Source of the DNA: Mobula hypostoma
Lineage: Eukaryota
Direction: 5' to 3'
Assembly: GCF_963921235.1 (NCBI RefSeq)
Contig: NC_086103.1
Coordinates: 54,374,001 to 54,438,000, forward strand
Length of the DNA stretch: 64,000 nucleotides
Below the pieces are notes generated by a model. The model searched no databases. It was not told the origin of the DNA and was given only the letters and a program-made list of their open reading frames with translations. This document shows positions 63,076 to 64,000 of this stretch, piece by piece. The position numbers and the translations under genes are program-made. How positions within the stretch are numbered: position 1 is the first letter of the stretch; each line of letters starts with the position of its first letter.

Positions 63076-64000
63076 TGAGCAGGGTGGTAAAACTGGAAAA
63101 ACACATTGAAGACCTAATTCACTAATAAAAAATACGTCTTTCATATTTTGGATTCCAGTAGTGATCCTTGATAGCCAAAACCCCATGCTGCAATCATTAT
63201 AATTAATAATTATAATTATAATAATATTTATTCATTTAAATTAATGGTCAGTAAATTATGTGGCATACCTGCCTAAATTTTCTATTCTTACTCATAATAT
63301 GCAAAGCTTCCAACTGAAAGCACAAAGCTGCATGATGCCTAATAAACTCTTTTTTTACTCAGTTACATGTTCCACGTTACACAAATGATTAAAGTTTTAA
63401 GGTATGTTATTTTGAGACCAGTTTACTGCTGACAGGAAGCAAATCATTCCTAATTGTAATCTAGTTAAATAATGTTAGCTCTTTCATCCAATTAATGATA
63501 CATTTTAATAAGCATAATCATAGGAAGTTGTTGAAATATAATTATAAATTTCACGAAGCTCCTGGCACAGAGCTTTTAGTCATTAATTTTAATAGGCAGG
63601 AAATTTGGACCAAGCATTTTGTTAATCATGCTTAGCATGTCAAGTCTAGAGTCATGAAAATAAACTCATAACGGAAGATAAAAGACAGACTTAAATTTAT
63701 ATGATCTCTTTCCCAATTCCAGGATGTCTCACATGCTGTAAAGGCAATACTTTATTTTTGATATAAAATCACTCATATAATAAAGAAGAATTAAATAAAA
63801 ACAAGTACCACAAAGACCATCGAGATGATAAACAAGCAATCTGATGGCTGTGGGACAAATTTGATTGGGAATCACTCTCATGCTTCTAAAGGGAGGTGGT
63901 GCCTTGTTTTTATCATCTCATTCTAAAGGTATTCCTGATAACACAATATTCACTTAATATAAGACTGATCTTCTCATGAAGATAATGTGTTGAAATCTGT

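Overview
Vertebrate genomic DNA made almost entirely of transposable elements. The repeat set (CR1 LINEs, an HE1/V-SINE-like SINE, Penelope-like ends, Rex1/Babar, RTE) points to a cartilaginous fish, probably a ray; this is an inference. No host protein-coding exon could be supported. Main contents: (1) A young 4.78-kb Gmr1-type LTR element (26316-31095; 837-bp LTRs, ACTC target-site duplication, TSD). Its single intact 944-aa ORF encodes Gag, a zinc knuckle and protease, followed by an in-frame mosaic of small, catalytically dead IN/RT/RNaseH fragments. (2) A non-autonomous Tf1/sushi-type element (18805-21172; 1.07- and 1.14-kb LTRs around a 163-bp interior, CAAAG TSD) that keeps a self-priming signature. 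(3) An old sushi-like chromovirus (35224-41235) carrying a nested mariner MITE and an RTE-type SINE. (4) Penelope-like mini-insertions with minimal hammerhead ribozyme motifs, one flanked by a 15-bp TSD. (5) Many decayed CR1, Rex1, RTE, Tx1, Tc1 and Gypsy copies, plus a 153-N assembly gap. Boundaries of the decayed elements are approximate. All family assignments come from motif recognition, not database searches.
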